Positions 24,184 to 36,903 are shown, counted from the whole stretch's first letter. The stretch is 63,751 bases of DNA, filler included, from Octopus bimaculoides (GCF_001194135.2; 4 parts of 4 records of this genome joined end to end with filler, not necessarily neighbours in it); one strand, 5' to 3'. Program-made: numbers and translations. The notes: generated by a model not told the origin, from the letters alone.

Positions 24184-24837
24184 NNNNNNNNNNNNNNNNN
24201 NNNNNNNNNNNNNNNNNNNNNNNNNNNNNNNNNNNNNNNNNNNNNNNNNNNNNNNNNNNNNNNNNNNNNNNNNNNNNNNNNNNNNNNNNNNNNNNNNNNN
24301 NNNNNNNNNNNNNNNNNNNNNNNNNNNNNNNNNNNNNNNNNNNNNNNNNNNNNNNNNNNNNNNNNNNNNNNNNNNNNNNNNNNNNNNNNNNNNNNNNNNN
24401 NNNNNNNNNNNNNNNNNNNNNNNNNNNNNNNNNNNNNNNNNNNNNNNNNNNNNNNNNNNNNNNNNNNNNNNNNNNNNNNNNNNNNNNNNNNNNNNNNNNN
24501 NNNNNNNNNNNNNNNNNNNNNNNNNNNNNNNNNNNNNNNNNNNNNNNNNNNNNNNNNNNNNNNNNNNNNNNNNNNNNNNNNNNNNNNNNNNNNNNNNNNN
24601 NNNNNNNNNNNNNNNNNNNNNNNNNNNNNNNNNNNNNNNNNNNNNNNNNNNNNNNNNNNNNNNNNNNNNNNNNNNNNNNNNNNNNNNNNNNNNNNNNNNN
24701 NNNNNNNNNNNNNNNNNNNNNNNNNNNNNNNNNNNNNNNNNNNNNNNGCTTATTGACCTGGGAATCGGAAAGTTCAATGTCATACGCAATTAGTAGTTTT
24801 ACCACGAACTTTTCTTTTACCCAATACAAAATTGTCA

Positions 24838-25350
24838 TAAGGCGGCGAGCTTGCAGAAGCGTTAGCACGCCGGGCGAAATGCTTAGTGACATTTCATCTG
24901 ACTTTACATTCTGAGTTCGAATTTTGCCAAGGTCGACTTTTCCTTTCATCCTTTCGGGGTCGATAAACTAAGTAACAGTTGCGTACTGGGTTCGATCTAA
25001 TCGATTGGCCCTCTCCCCCAAAATTTCGGGTCTTGTACCCAGAGTAGAAAAGAATATTTTAAGGCGGTGAGCTGGCAGAAACGTTAGCATGCTGGGCGAA
25101 ATGCTTAACGGTATTTCGCCAATCTTTGCCTTCTGAGTTCAAATTCCGCCGAGGTCGAGTAAGGCCAACACGTGAAACATACACTAAATATTGGTTTGAA
25201 ATTTCGGCACAAGGCTTACAATTTTCGGGGAAACGGGCATGTCGATTAGATCGACTCCAGTACACAACTGGTACCTATTTTATCGTTCCCGAAAGGATGA
25301 AAGGCAAAGTTGACCTCAGCGGTAAACATTTTACCCGGCGCACGAACGAT
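24838..25350. mobile_element. Cluster of three SINE family A copies (+ 24838-25055, + head 25061-25160, - 25185-25350)
   Basis: Two aaggcgg.gagct.gcaga heads on plus, followed by a reverse-complement body. Confidence 0.85.
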
Positions 25351-25539
25351 TCCAGCAGATCGCCCCCTTTATACACTCTAAATATTATGAATAAATTAGA
25401 GGTCGCTTATGTCATCGTCTGGTGCAGGTTTTCACACCAGATCTTCCTATGCGTCTTTTGTTATATTTTCAAGACAGTAGGGTCATATTTAGTAGTGTGG
25501 CTGGAATAGCGTTGAGGGTGTTTATGGCGCTGGTTATTT

Positions 25540-25980
25540 CAGGGGCAGCGGTGATATTGATGTAAGTTGTATTGTTGTTGATAGTATTGGTGGTGTTGGT
25601 GGTCATGTTAGGAACGGTGATGCTTTAGATGAGGTCAGTGTTGTTAGTGGTGACGGTGGTGGAGATTGCACGGCGATGGTGTTTCAGTTGGTAACGGTAG
25701 TACTGGCAATGGTGGTGTTAGAGGTAGTTGGTGATTGTATCGGTGGTAGCACTGGGAGTAGTGTTGTTTATGGTGGAGGTAGTAGTGGTGAGGGTTGCAG
25801 AGAAGTAGATCCTCACCTTCACTATTTGACATGATATTTAAGAAATGTCAAAATCCCATTGAGGTGAAGATTTGTTTTGTAGTTGGTGGAATTATAGAGT
25901 TGCTGTTGCTATTGTTGTTATTGTTGTTAGTGATGGTGGTGGTGTGGTGGCGGAGGTGGTGGTAATGGCGACAGTGATCG
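25540..25980. repeat. (GGT/GTT/GAT)n low-complexity tract
   Basis: Direct. Confidence 0.75.
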
Positions 25981-26133
25981 TCTCTTGGTCGTTTGGACAT
26001 GTCTTTAAATGTCTTAGAGATAACGTACATTTCTAGAAACTTCCTCCCTCTCATTATCATTGTAATTGTGTGCGTGTGTAACTATGTCCGTCTGTAGATG
26101 CATTTGTGTATCTTTGTGTTAGCGCATGTGTAA

Positions 26134-26226
<93 letters not shown>

Positions 26227-26302
26227 TATGTACTTGTATCTGAGTATTTCTTTGATATTTGTATGAATGTATATACGCCTGTCTTAATATCTCGGTTGTC
26301 AC

Positions 26303-26520
26303 CAAGGCGGCGAGCTGGCAGAATCGTTAGCACGCCGGGAAAATGCTTAACGGCATTTCATCTGTCTTTACGTTCTTGAGTTCAAATTCTGCCGAGGTCA
26401 ACTGCTTTTCATCCCGTTTTGCAGTCAATAAAATAAATATCAGCTGAGCACTGGGATCGATGTAATCAACTTACACACTCCACCGAAATTTCTGGCCTTG
26501 TGCCAAAATTTGACACTAGA
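26303..26520 (+). mobile_element. SINE family A
   Basis: aaggcggcgagctggcagaatcgttagcacgccggg...gagttcaaattctgccgaggtcaac. Confidence 0.9.
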
Positions 26521-26692
26521 ATGATTGACGCAGAACCCTACAAGTATTGATTTCAAACATAGATATAATTCTATATACTTGGGAAAGTGACTGACCGAGG
26601 AGTTAGCAACATCACGTGACCGAAGGACAACAAATGGACAGTCAGGGTGATGGAATAGACACCAAGACAATGGATAAGATCAAGAGAACCAA

Positions 26693-26857
26693 GGCGCAGG
26701 AGTGGCTGTGTGGTAAGTAGCTTGCTTACCAACCACATGATCCCGGGTTCATTCCTACTGCGTGGCACCTTGCTCAAATGTCTTCTACTATAGCCTCGGG
26801 CCGACCAAAGCCTTGTGAATGGATTTGGTAGACGGAAACTGAAAGAAGCCTGTCATA

Positions 26858-26902
<45 letters not shown>

Positions 26903-27120
26903 ATATGTTTGTGTGTCTGTTTGTCCCCCCCAACATCGCTTGACAACCGATGGTGGTGTGTTTACGCCCCCGTAACTTAACGGTTCGGCAAAAGAGACCG
27001 ATAGAATAAGTACTAGGCTTATAAAGAATAAGTCCTAGGGTCGATTTGCTCGAATAAAAGGCGGTGCTCCAGCATGGCCACAGTCAAATGACTGAAACAA
27101 GTAAAAGAGTAAAAGAGTAA
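26693..27120 (+). mobile_element. SINE family B, full length, with internal (TA)n/(TG)n
   Basis: tRNA-like head (tggctgtgtggt A-box, gggttcattcc B-box), internal microsatellite, 3' tail ending in (gtaaaaga)n. Confidence 0.92.
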
Positions 27121-27819
27121 CCAAAAACAAGATGGTGAGATGATGTCACCCGCTATCTGAGGCTTACGACTAACCAGAGACAGACAGCGGTGGAAGAAGT
27201 GATTACAAGGAAGGGTTTTTTTTCAGGAACGATGAATCCCTGGATATTGGATATTGGATTGGACTGGCCGACTTTTTCAACTCAAATAGTTGTATTTATT
27301 GAAATTGGAATCAGTGAAAATCGAAATCAATGTTGGTAGGATATGAACTCAGACCTTAAATAAACATGATGAAATAACGTGGAAGATGGATGCCAATTTG
27401 TCCGATGTTCTCTCGATTCTAACTAATCAACTAGCATGAGAAAACTGGGCAGAACAAAGAAATGTTATCGCAATATGTAAGCTGTAAGAGGTGGCGATAG
27501 TATCAATGCAATTAGTGTTGGAGTTTTTGTGTTGTTATGTTTAGACAGAACTGGCAGATCATTAGAGACTAAAATCATTGTACAGGTGTGAAGACAATAG
27601 AATAATTATGTCATTGTGATTGTTATAGATCTTCTCTAACCTGGAAATAATCACAATGACTTTGACTGTGAAGCTTGTTTGGCGACTCACTGACTTTTCA
27701 CCAGCGACAATAACAAATATTCTTACAAGAAAATCTGACTTTCTATTACATAACTACGACTGTAACTTGCAAGCAACCATGACCTGGTATCATGTGCCAT
27801 GTTTTTGTTAAGTGTTTTA

Positions 27820-28080
27820 GACATCTGTGTAGACGTGGATACACTCAGATAACACCTCGGTCTTCCTACCTTTGAGCCAGTGGAACATCGAAAACGTAAC
27901 AAGCAGAGAGAGGAAAGTTTGTCCCAGCGATCGGTTGATACACTCATTCAGCTGAACAAACGAGAGTGATGGGAAATGAAACACTTGGTTCAAGGACATG
28001 ACACACCGCACAGTCCGGAAATTGAACTCACGCCTTTATAATCGTGAACCAAACAAAGCCACGCATCTTCACGTGTGCCT
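27820..28080 (-). mobile_element. tRNA-derived CORE-type SINE, diverged
   Basis: Minus strand gtgaagatgcgtggct...gtgagttcaatttccggac...gtgtc.tgtccttgaac.aagtgtttcatttc. Confidence 0.6.
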
Positions 28081-28899
28081 TTTTTATAAATGGAATGATA
28101 TTCATAACTGCTGCTCTCTCTCTCTCTCTCTCTCATTAGATTATGTTTCGCGATGCGGTCTAATAAGATAGACTCATGTTCAGAGTTGTCCCCTTTCCAA
28201 TCAATTGTAAAACTCAGTTCCCACTGAGTTTGTTGTTAATAATTGATTCTAATTAATTTAAATGCGTAAATTATTTGCCCTGTCTTCTTTTTACCGTGAA
28301 TTTCATGATTTTTGTCTTATCCTTGTTGATTTAAAACTTCTTGAAAGCTTGCTATCCGAGGAAAGATAACATACGACCTTTTACGGGACCTCAGAAACTG
28401 ATGATGGCGTTAGTGGAGGATAGTACCCTCTATTCGGAGACTTGGCCCGAGTGCCTGCAAAAAAATAGTCTCTGCTAAAACCACCCAAATACGAGGTGGT
28501 AATGTTAAACTGGTTGTCGGTTTAAGTCGACGGATTAAGCCGCACATGAATTAAATCTTATCAGTCCCAGGAAAACTGAACAAAAACGAGATCGTGTGTG
28601 CTGTTCTTTTTCTGATTAAATGCTAATAATTTCCTTGACTTTCATAGAAATTGAATGAAATTGTTCAATTTTCACATCGCAGGTTCAACCTGCCAGAGTA
28701 TATAACATTTATTTGAATCCCACTAATAATTAAGTTCGTGTTGTCATATTTAATTCAGTGACAATTAACATGTTAATCAGAAATAGTTATGCGGTAAAGA
28801 AAAGACGATCTTATTTAATACTCGTAAATATTGTTTTAATTATTCCAACAGTTTAATAATTGTTGTCCATCTCCACTTATTTAATTTGATTTAATTTCT

Positions 28900-29015
28900 T
28901 TTATTTGTTTCAGTCATTTGACTGTGGCCATGCTGGAGCACCACCTTTAGTCGAGCAAATCGACCCCAGTACTTATTCCTTGTAAGCCTAGTACTTATTC
29001 TATCGGTCTCTTTAA
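28900..29015 (-). mobile_element. SINE family B, 3' tail
   Basis: tttgtttcagtcatttgactgtggccatgctggagcacc.cctttagtcgagcaaatcgacccc. Confidence 0.88.
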
Positions 29016-29019
29016 CCCA

Positions 29020-29165
29020 GAGCTGGGGCACAGATAGGGGCTACTACTCCGGGTCAGGGTTGAACTGGAAGCAATAATAGCTAAGAAAGGGTTCCACACT
29101 CCTCAAACTTCCGTACCAAGGCCCCACTACCGGATGTAATTTAAAGTCAAACCCAGGACTAGTCC
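29020..29165. mobile_element. Interspersed repeat family E (second copy inverted at 44825-44935)
   Basis: Reverse complement gaggagtgtggaaccc.ttcttagcta.t...gtagtagcccctatc matches aaggagtgtggaaccacctcttagctact...gtagcagcacctatc at 44850-44925. Confidence 0.55.
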
Positions 29166-30215
29166 AGTCATCCGTGCCAAATCATCAGCGCCCAACAGCC
29201 ACTCCTAATCGTCTCATTCTTACACCTGCCAACCGAATCGCCTATCTGTCAACCTACTTACCAGCCAATCAACCAGCTACCAACCTACTCGCCAATCCAC
29301 CTACATGAAAACCCACAACACACACATACACAAATATGTATATGGTATATTCACGGGCAGGCAGGCATGTATGTACACAGAAATACGTATTTAATTCAAC
29401 AATTCTGATGAGTCACGGCACTAGAAAACCGTAAACATTAACAAAACAACGCCATTCAATTTTTTTTTTTTTTAAATAAATATATTTAAACGAAATTCCT
29501 GACACCCATTCCTGGAAAAGTCGAAATAAATATAGAACGGGGTGATTCCTACCCTATTGCCTTACTTAAGTTTCAAAGTCATAAACCAGTCAAAATATTT
29601 CAGTCAGTTTGTATTTCGACTGCTTTACCTAAATTACAGAAATTCAGCAGTAAATCATCTTACACGGCGCGCCCAGTAGAAATGTTTGCTTAGCGCCATG
29701 ATGTCGTCATCAAAATTCGGCCGAACTGTATATTTTGTCATACACTGCTCCAGTCACCATTTCTACCTTTTTATTCTTAGACGGGGAAGGGTTTCAAATT
29801 CTTGTGTATTCTAGCTTCGTTTCTGGTCGTTCATTAAATTTGCTTTATCACAAGACTTATAAAATTCCATGTCTGTAACGCTTCCATTATTGTTAACGCT
29901 TGAAATTGCTTAATCCCAAGTCAGCCTCGGTGAAGCAGATCTATGGGCTAACGTGTTCCACCACATTGTTTATATTTAGAGACAGAATAATCTAAAATTA
30001 TATTATTCAAAGTATCCTTCATTTTTAGAGGCAACAGAACTTAATTTGAGAAATGTGACTGTTATTTTCTACAGTGACCACAGAAAGAGACTCACTCATT
30101 GGTTTGCTGACAACAGTATTCTGGTGTTATTGTTTAACCCCAGGCCAGTTCTGGACAAGTAAGCTTATGACCAAAAGTATTCCAAATAGGATCATTCTGC
30201 TGTTTTTTCCAGATA

Positions 30216-30655
30216 GGCACAGGCATGGCTGTGTGGTAAAAAATCTTGCTTCCCAGCTACATGGTGTGGGATTCCGTCTCACTGCGTGGCACCTCGGGCA
30301 AGTATCTTCTACTATAGCCTTGGGCTGACCAAGGCCTTGTGAGTGGATTTGGTAGACGGAAACTAAAAGAAGCTCGTCGTATGTGTGTGTGTGTGTGTCA
30401 TCATACTTGTGTTTTCCTCCCACAACTGCTTGATAACCGGTGCTGGTGTGTCTACGAACCCCGCCCCCATAACTTGGCGGTTCGATGAAAGACCGATAGA
30501 ACAAGTATCAGGCATATAAAAAATAAGTGCTGGTGGGGGAGGGTCGATACATTTGACTAAAAATTCTTCAAGGCCGCGCCCCAGCATGGCAACAGCCTAA
30601 TAATTGAAACAAGTAAAAGACAAATGACAAAAGATAAAAGATTAAAGATTAAAGA
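30216..30655 (+). mobile_element. SINE family B, full length
   Basis: Same head, body and tail as 26693-27120, ending in (aaagat)n. Confidence 0.9.
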
Positions 30656-30761
30656 TACAGCATATCTTGGACAGCGTTATCCCAAACTTTGTAAAAAACT
30701 AGGATGTGATTCAAAGAATAATATAATTTCTTTGAGAGGCAAGCTCAGCTTCCGAGTATAG

Positions 30762-30861
30762 NNNNNNNNNNNNNNNNNNNNNNNNNNNNNNNNNNNNNNN
30801 NNNNNTTAATTAATTAANNNNNNNNNNNNNNNNNNNNNNNNNNNNNNNNNNNNNNNNNNNN
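30762..30861. other. Artificial scaffold spacer 44N-TTAATTAATTAA-44N
   Basis: Exactly 100 bp; identical construct at 47509-47608 and 60552-60651; stops in all six frames. Confidence 0.95.
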
Positions 30862-30916
30862 AACCTTAACCCTAGGGTTAGAGTTAGGGTTAGGGTTAGG
30901 GTTAGGGTTAGGGTTA
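30862..30916. repeat. Interstitial telomere-like (TTAGGG)n with head-to-head junction
   Basis: Palindrome taaccctagggtta followed by five perfect TTAGGG (30884-30913). Confidence 0.85.
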
Positions 30917-31188
30917 AAGCAAATTTAAAATGAAAAAAGCAAATAAAACGAAGAATCGTTTGTTTATGTAGTCGGCACTTAATGTATATCGGCTGAGTGG
31001 ACGTCAGTGATTGGTTGAAATTATCGAAATAAGACAATTTTTTACATGAAATAAATTCGAATACAAAAATATTTTTCTGTTCTATAACACAAAATAGATA
31101 AGTATACGAAGTTTGAAAGTCTTTCGGTACCAAAAACACTACGTAAAACATTAATGAAAAATGTGGCCCCCGTTTTAAAAAAGATCCC
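30917..31188. mobile_element. Probable non-autonomous DNA element half associated with the TTAGGG tract
   Basis: AT-rich block ending gtggcccccgttttaaaaaagatccc just before a SINE B fragment; the other half would lie across the artificial gap. Confidence 0.35.
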
Positions 31189-31189
31189 T

Positions 31190-31350
31190 TTTTGGCTGTG
31201 TTTGTCCCCCATACTACCGCTTAACAACTCGTGTTGGTGTGTTTACGTCCCCGTAACTTAGCGATTCGGCAAAAGAGACCGATAAAATAAGTACTAGGCC
31301 TTAATAAGGCCTGGGGACGATTTGTTCGACTAAATCTGTCAAGTAAACAA
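31190..31350 (+). mobile_element. SINE family B, 3' half
   Basis: gtgtttgtcccc...ggtgtgtttacgtccccgtaacttagcg.ttcggcaaaagagaccgata.aataagtactagg. Confidence 0.85.
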
Positions 31351-32374
31351 GTAAAAGAATAAATAATAGAATAAAAACACTGGATGCATTGGTGTAACAC
31401 TTTCAGAAATTTGAAGCATTGTTGCATCAATTTTTTTAAGGATGAAAATATAATTATAAACGAAAACAATATATGTGGATCTATGTTTGTTCCTACTCGA
31501 AGACCGTTGGTGCGTGCGTGCATACATACATATTATAGACAGCTACATACACATTTATGAACCTCGTCATTTTTTTTTTAATTGAAAACATGAGAAAACG
31601 TTCTTCGACAAATGATTCAGAAAGTTTCTATAAAATTTGAAATTTAATTTTAAAGGGGTGAAAAGAATCGCTTGTCATGCATAAATCGGAATTTCTTCTT
31701 TTTTCGAGTTTTTTCGAAACATTTTATAGTATCCCACATTTCAAAACACTTTGGGGCGGACTTTTATTAACTTGTTTTTCAAACTTCTCGCTCCAGGCCC
31801 TATCATACTTTCAGATCAGTAACAGCCGCATAAATTATATTTTTTTTTCTTTTCCCGTATTTTTAGTTATGTTATAGTACTCCGCTCATTTTCAGAGGAA
31901 AAATTTCGTACCCGCCAGTATTCTTAGTACTTTTCAAGATGAAAATCCTGTCCCGGTTGCCTAACTAGAATCTTACAAACTCTTCCGGTAGTTATCTTCT
32001 CGTTTCATATATTTACAAGTCTCTCGCTTTCTTATTAGTCACCAAACCTTTACGCACACACGCGACACATTTACATATAAACATAGATACAAATACACGC
32101 TCAACTTCAAACACATTTATATATGGACACACACACACGCACATATTAGAAATGGAGAAGTCCGGTTTATGGGATTATCTTAGGTCTTCTGTCCATAAAG
32201 CTTTATGACGTATCAAAGTGAGTAATCAGGCATTACCCCGCCCATCTTTTTAAGAGGTCATGGGCCAAGCTAAACCCTTTATGGACCGTAATCCTATAAA
32301 CCGGCCTTCCTCATTTTTTATATATATTGCTCTACATCTGAGAATGTTCTTCTTTCGGATTTGTTTTTTACAAA

Positions 32375-32430
<56 letters not shown>

Positions 32431-32654
32431 ACTTGGGGATGGTCATATTACCAGTTTAGCCAATATATATATTGATTAGAGCATATGTTAACCTCGTGAG
32501 GGGATGGTTGCATCCATGGAAATACTGGTTCACTACCTAATATTTTGGGGGAATGAAATTCACTTAAAACAATAGGTATATATTAAACATATGGTTTATA
32601 TCCATTTAAAAGAAGGAAAGAAAATGGAGACAAAGAAGTTAATTATATATATAG

Positions 32655-32726
32655 AATAATAATAAATGGAGCAAAACGCGTATAATCCCAAAGTTTTATA
32701 CGCGTTTTGCCCCATTTATTATTATT
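32655..32726. repeat. Near-perfect inverted repeat (31 bp arms, 1 mismatch, 10 nt loop)
   Basis: aataataataaatggagcaaaacgcgtataa / tcccaaagtt / ttatacgcgttttgccccatttattattatt. Confidence 0.9.
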
Positions 32727-33230
32727 ATTTATATCAACTCAAAATACATCACTCTAACATGGAATTTCTACCCATTAACCGGATATAATATCCCAGTTTT
32801 TGTGTGATTTTTGCTACCCTGGTAACTATTAACATATTTGCATTATCGAAGTTTTTCAACCAAGATAATATTTATATATACATAAANNNNNNNNNNNNNN
32901 NNNNNNNNNNNNNNNNNNNNNNNNNNNNNNNNNNNNNNNNNNNNNNNNNNNNNNNNNNNNNNNNNNNNNNNNNNNNNNNNNNNNNNNNNNNNNNNNNNNN
33001 NNNNNNNNNNNNNNNNNNNNNNNNNNNNNNNNNNNNNNNNNNNNNNNNNNNNNNNNNNNNNNNNNNNNNNNNNNNNNNNNNNNNNNNNNNNNNNNNNNNN
33101 NNNNNNNNNNNNNNNNNNNNNNNNNNNNNNNNNNNNNNNNNNNNNNNNNNNNNNNNNNNNNNNNNNNNNNNNNNNNNNNNNNTTGCTTGACAACCGATGC
33201 TGGTGTGTTTACGTCTCAGTAATATTGTTT

Positions 33231-33463
33231 GTGGCCAAAAAGTAGGTTTAATTATCACGTAGGCACTTCAAATTTCTTTTAAAACATTTTATTACATTTA
33301 AATTTCTATCTTACAAACTGAAAAGGGAGCCTGACAAAATTAACAAAATTAGCATAGAGTAATGGTTTCATGTTTTTTTTTATAATTAAGATCTAAACTG
33401 TTAATATATGAATGCGAAAGAGAGAGTTGAATAACTGAAAACCTACTTTTGGGCCACCCTGTA
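33231..33463. mobile_element. Tc1/mariner-derived MITE
   Basis: TIRs gtggccaaaaagtaggttt and aaacctacttttgggccaccctgTA (CAGGGTGGCC-type end, TA target). Confidence 0.7.
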
Positions 33464-35593
33464 CATTCACCCACTTTCTCCTTCAGTGACATTCATATAC
33501 TGATACACACACACACACACAGAGTTTAAATCTATAATGAGGATCCAAAACCTTTCTCCTGTCCCTTGGTGGGAGTTATTATTTGATCATATATGTCGGT
33601 AGTCTACAGCTATAAGATTGATAAATCCAGTTAATTATTTGTCTTTGCCGCTTAAAAAATCACTTCCAAAAGTACGGATGCCTTTCAAAGTGTAGAATAC
33701 AATAACATGATGAAAAATAAAGAAAAAGAAAAACAGAAAATCATGAAGGCACTATGAGGTGGGAAGGGGACGTTTGAAAAACGTGGATTTAAAAAAATAT
33801 CTTTTAAAGTTCGCCCTCCTACTAAGTGTTTTGAAATGTGGGATATTATGAAATTTATAAAAATCTTGGAAAAGTAAACAAAAAAAAACCCCCCAAAAAA
33901 CTGAAGAAATTCTGACCTATGCGTAACAGTTAATCCGAAAGTCTGCCTTGTGAAAATGCCATTCTACATGCAAACCTTTTATATAAGCCTATAACATTTT
34001 TATTTATGTTCCTGGTTATCATTTGAACTGAAAACATCATGAGAAATTTGCAGTATTCACTCAAAATACTTTTCTTTCATTATAGAAGGTGAACGAGTAC
34101 TCTATTAATATAGTCATGAATAAACATTTTTTCTACAATGAAAAAATGACTTTTTAAAAGGCATTGTGAATCGATTGCTCCTGCAAAACCGGCAGTTAAT
34201 AGGACTCTCGATTAAGATAAATTCTTTATATTTTTGCCTTAGGGTTACTGTTGCATTTTAAAAACATTAGTGTCCATCGGATTAACGAAATCGGTTATTA
34301 ATTGGAGGATTTCAGTGAGGATATACAACATTTCATGTAATCCTGCTACACACACACACACACACTGTCTCTCTCTTTCTCTTACGCGCGCGCGCATTTA
34401 TATTTCTACATTGACGATTGTACTAAACCGCAAACACTGAACCGAAAGCAACAGCGATAACAAATCTAAAAGAATTAAAACTGACATTTTACAGATACTA
34501 GGAAGATATGTATACTTACTTTCAATGTTACGTGATATATCTGTGGCTCTATTCATATATGAATATAATTATATATATATATATATATATGGGAGAGGTA
34601 TGTGTGCTGTGAGCTCTGCAGAACTAAATTACAACGCTGAATTCAAAGATTAATTAATACTTGTTGCAGTAATACCAGTATTGTTAAGCTACCCAATGAT
34701 GGCTAAAACTGATTACGTTTTATGAAAGTGACTGGAAGAAAAACATTACGATCTTGCTTCAAAGTGAAGCGCTTTGTTGATAAGTCAAGATCCTGTCGGT
34801 CAGCTGTATTTTCAATAACAAAACTGCAATGTAAATAGATGAGAGTTATCTCTCTTCACTGTAAACAATTTTGTTTTCACTTTAGAACAGAAGCTGGAAT
34901 ACTTCACTTTACAGCCAAGATAGTAGATACCGTATTTGACTGACTGGCAATATTAAATCCAAACAATAATACTATCATCATGTCGAGTTTTTATGTTAAT
35001 TTTAGAACATTTGTTTTCAGAATAAAGAATTCAGTATGGTCACGGGCATCGTTTTCTGTCATGGGTTCATAAACAAAAATATATTAATTTTATATTAATT
35101 TCAGTTCAAGCAGATCGGGATCTTTACTTACACAAATGGCAGGAACTTCTAGAAAAAGATCGTAACCTTTTTAATACAATCAAAGAAAAAGTAACTTTAA
35201 AAAAAAAACAAAAAAACAATACTTGATTAAAGGTGATAGTTACAGGCATAGACATTTAGGTAAAAAAAAATTCGTTTGGCAACCATGTGGACCTGCGTTT
35301 GATCCCTCTGCGCAATACTTTGAGCAACTGTAGCCTCAGATTGACCAGAATATTTGTCAGTAAAATTTGATAGACAGAAACTAAAACTGATGAAAATCAA
35401 CCCCAGACAACGTCCAGAGATCAACTTTTCCTACATATCTACTGCATTATTTAAAGCTGTGTTCCTCATGAGGATGGTGAAGGGAGCAGTGAAGAATGTA
35501 AAGAAGGTGAACAGATTGTCATGTTTAATAAACTTTGGTAAAGGAAGAATAATAATATGATGCAAAATCCCGTACTATATATGTAGTAACGCC

Positions 35594-35631
35594 TGCGCAT
35601 GCGTAGAATTAATAAAGCAAGCGTTTCCCGC
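35594..35631. promoter_or_regulatory. NRF1-like palindrome plus E2F-like site
   Basis: TGCGCATGCGTA (35594-35605; one mismatch to the NRF1 consensus) and TTTCCCGC (35624-35631) in unique CpG-containing sequence. Confidence 0.35.
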
Positions 35632-36224
35632 TCAATTCATTCTTTTTCTCGCTGGCCAGCGATTGAGCATGGACGTGTGTTTAAAGCTGTCTCTACATCT
35701 TTCGGTCTTACACTCGACAGCTCGTTATTCTCACCTCTAAAGATGTATAACTAAAGATATGTATGTTTTACCAAGTAAATAAATATTGTTTAAGTTGTTT
35801 AGTCTGGAGTTCAGCGTTCCGTCTATTTCTTTAATTTTATAGTAGAAAGTCAGGTATACAATCTAAAGATGTATAACCCACTTTCTACTAAAGTGGTGAC
35901 CCCGACGTGATTCTTGTTATACAGATGTTCGTCGCTGGCTGAGAATCTTGTCTGTTTATTATCGTGGTGAAGCTGAGTCACCTAACAGAATCGAAGAGAG
36001 AGATGTGCCGCGGTAGTTTGGTGTACATAGAAAGTCATGTAGACGCTGGTGGAGATTGAGGCTGCTTGGTAGTAATCATGTTGGTCATGACGATGATGCT
36101 GGATAGTAGTTGTAGACTCTTGTTGCTGATGTGGCGACGGCGGTGGTCATCGTTGGCTGGACGAGTGGTCGCTGGAACTGCTGCTGCTGTCGTGTGGTAC
36201 ACGGAACAGTTCTCAAAGAGAAAC

Positions 36225-36359
36225 TGGACCGAGACCAATTTGTGGGGTATGAGTTGATCTATTTATAGCGTTAAGGGGGCTCACCAGACATCAGAATTAT
36301 ACTCTATCACGTGACCTTATTAAGGGCTGTGATTGGTCAGTTTGCGTTCTGGCGGGAAC
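36225..36359 (-). promoter_or_regulatory. Candidate minus-strand Pol II core promoter (E2F-like, CCAAT, E-box, TATA)
   Basis: Reading minus: TTCCCGCCA (36358-50), CCAATC (36336-31), TCACGTGA (36307-14), TATAAATA (36267-60), then a simple-repeat-rich UTR-like stretch 36040-36230. Confidence 0.5.
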
Positions 36360-36903
36360 NNNNNNNNNNTCGCACCAGTCGGTTTGTCGAAGGCAAACAG
36401 ACGAAATAAGGAAAAAAAAAAATTGTAGTGAAAAAGACTGATAGAACGGTTGGTCTATTACTGGCATTTAGTCACCATTTTTGGAAAGTTATGTGAACTT
36501 TTCAAGTTGGGCTGTACAGATCAGAAGGGCTGTATGAACGAATCAACGTCAGGGGTCACCAATTGTAAGGGACGACCATGCGAACTCAAAAAGGAGAAAT
36601 GGTGACGAATGGAAAAACAGAGGACTCCTTTTATTTAAACACGTCACACGGTCGAACACAAAATATATATATCAGAGATGATGATGATATACATGATATG
36701 TTATGCTACGATAACATAGATGACCAGTAATGAAAGACCACAACCGTATTAGATGAATAACAAATATTTATTGTAGCGTTAAAGATGTATGTCTGTGTGA
36801 GATATCACAGCAGTTAAAAAGTCAGTACACAAGAGTTTTATACCAAGTTTTTTTTTTGAGTACACAATTGGAAAGTCGCAGGCTGCAAATGATGCAAAAT
36901 CCC

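Noticed and set aside
29404-29435. CTGATGAG...GAAAA hammerhead-like string
   Set aside because: No stem II or stem I pairing can be formed.
35454-35538. Plus-strand exon candidate before TTG|GTAAAG (VPHEDGEGSSEECKEGEQIVMFNKL)
   Set aside because: Weak acceptor, only vague RRM resemblance, and phase not matched to any supported exon.
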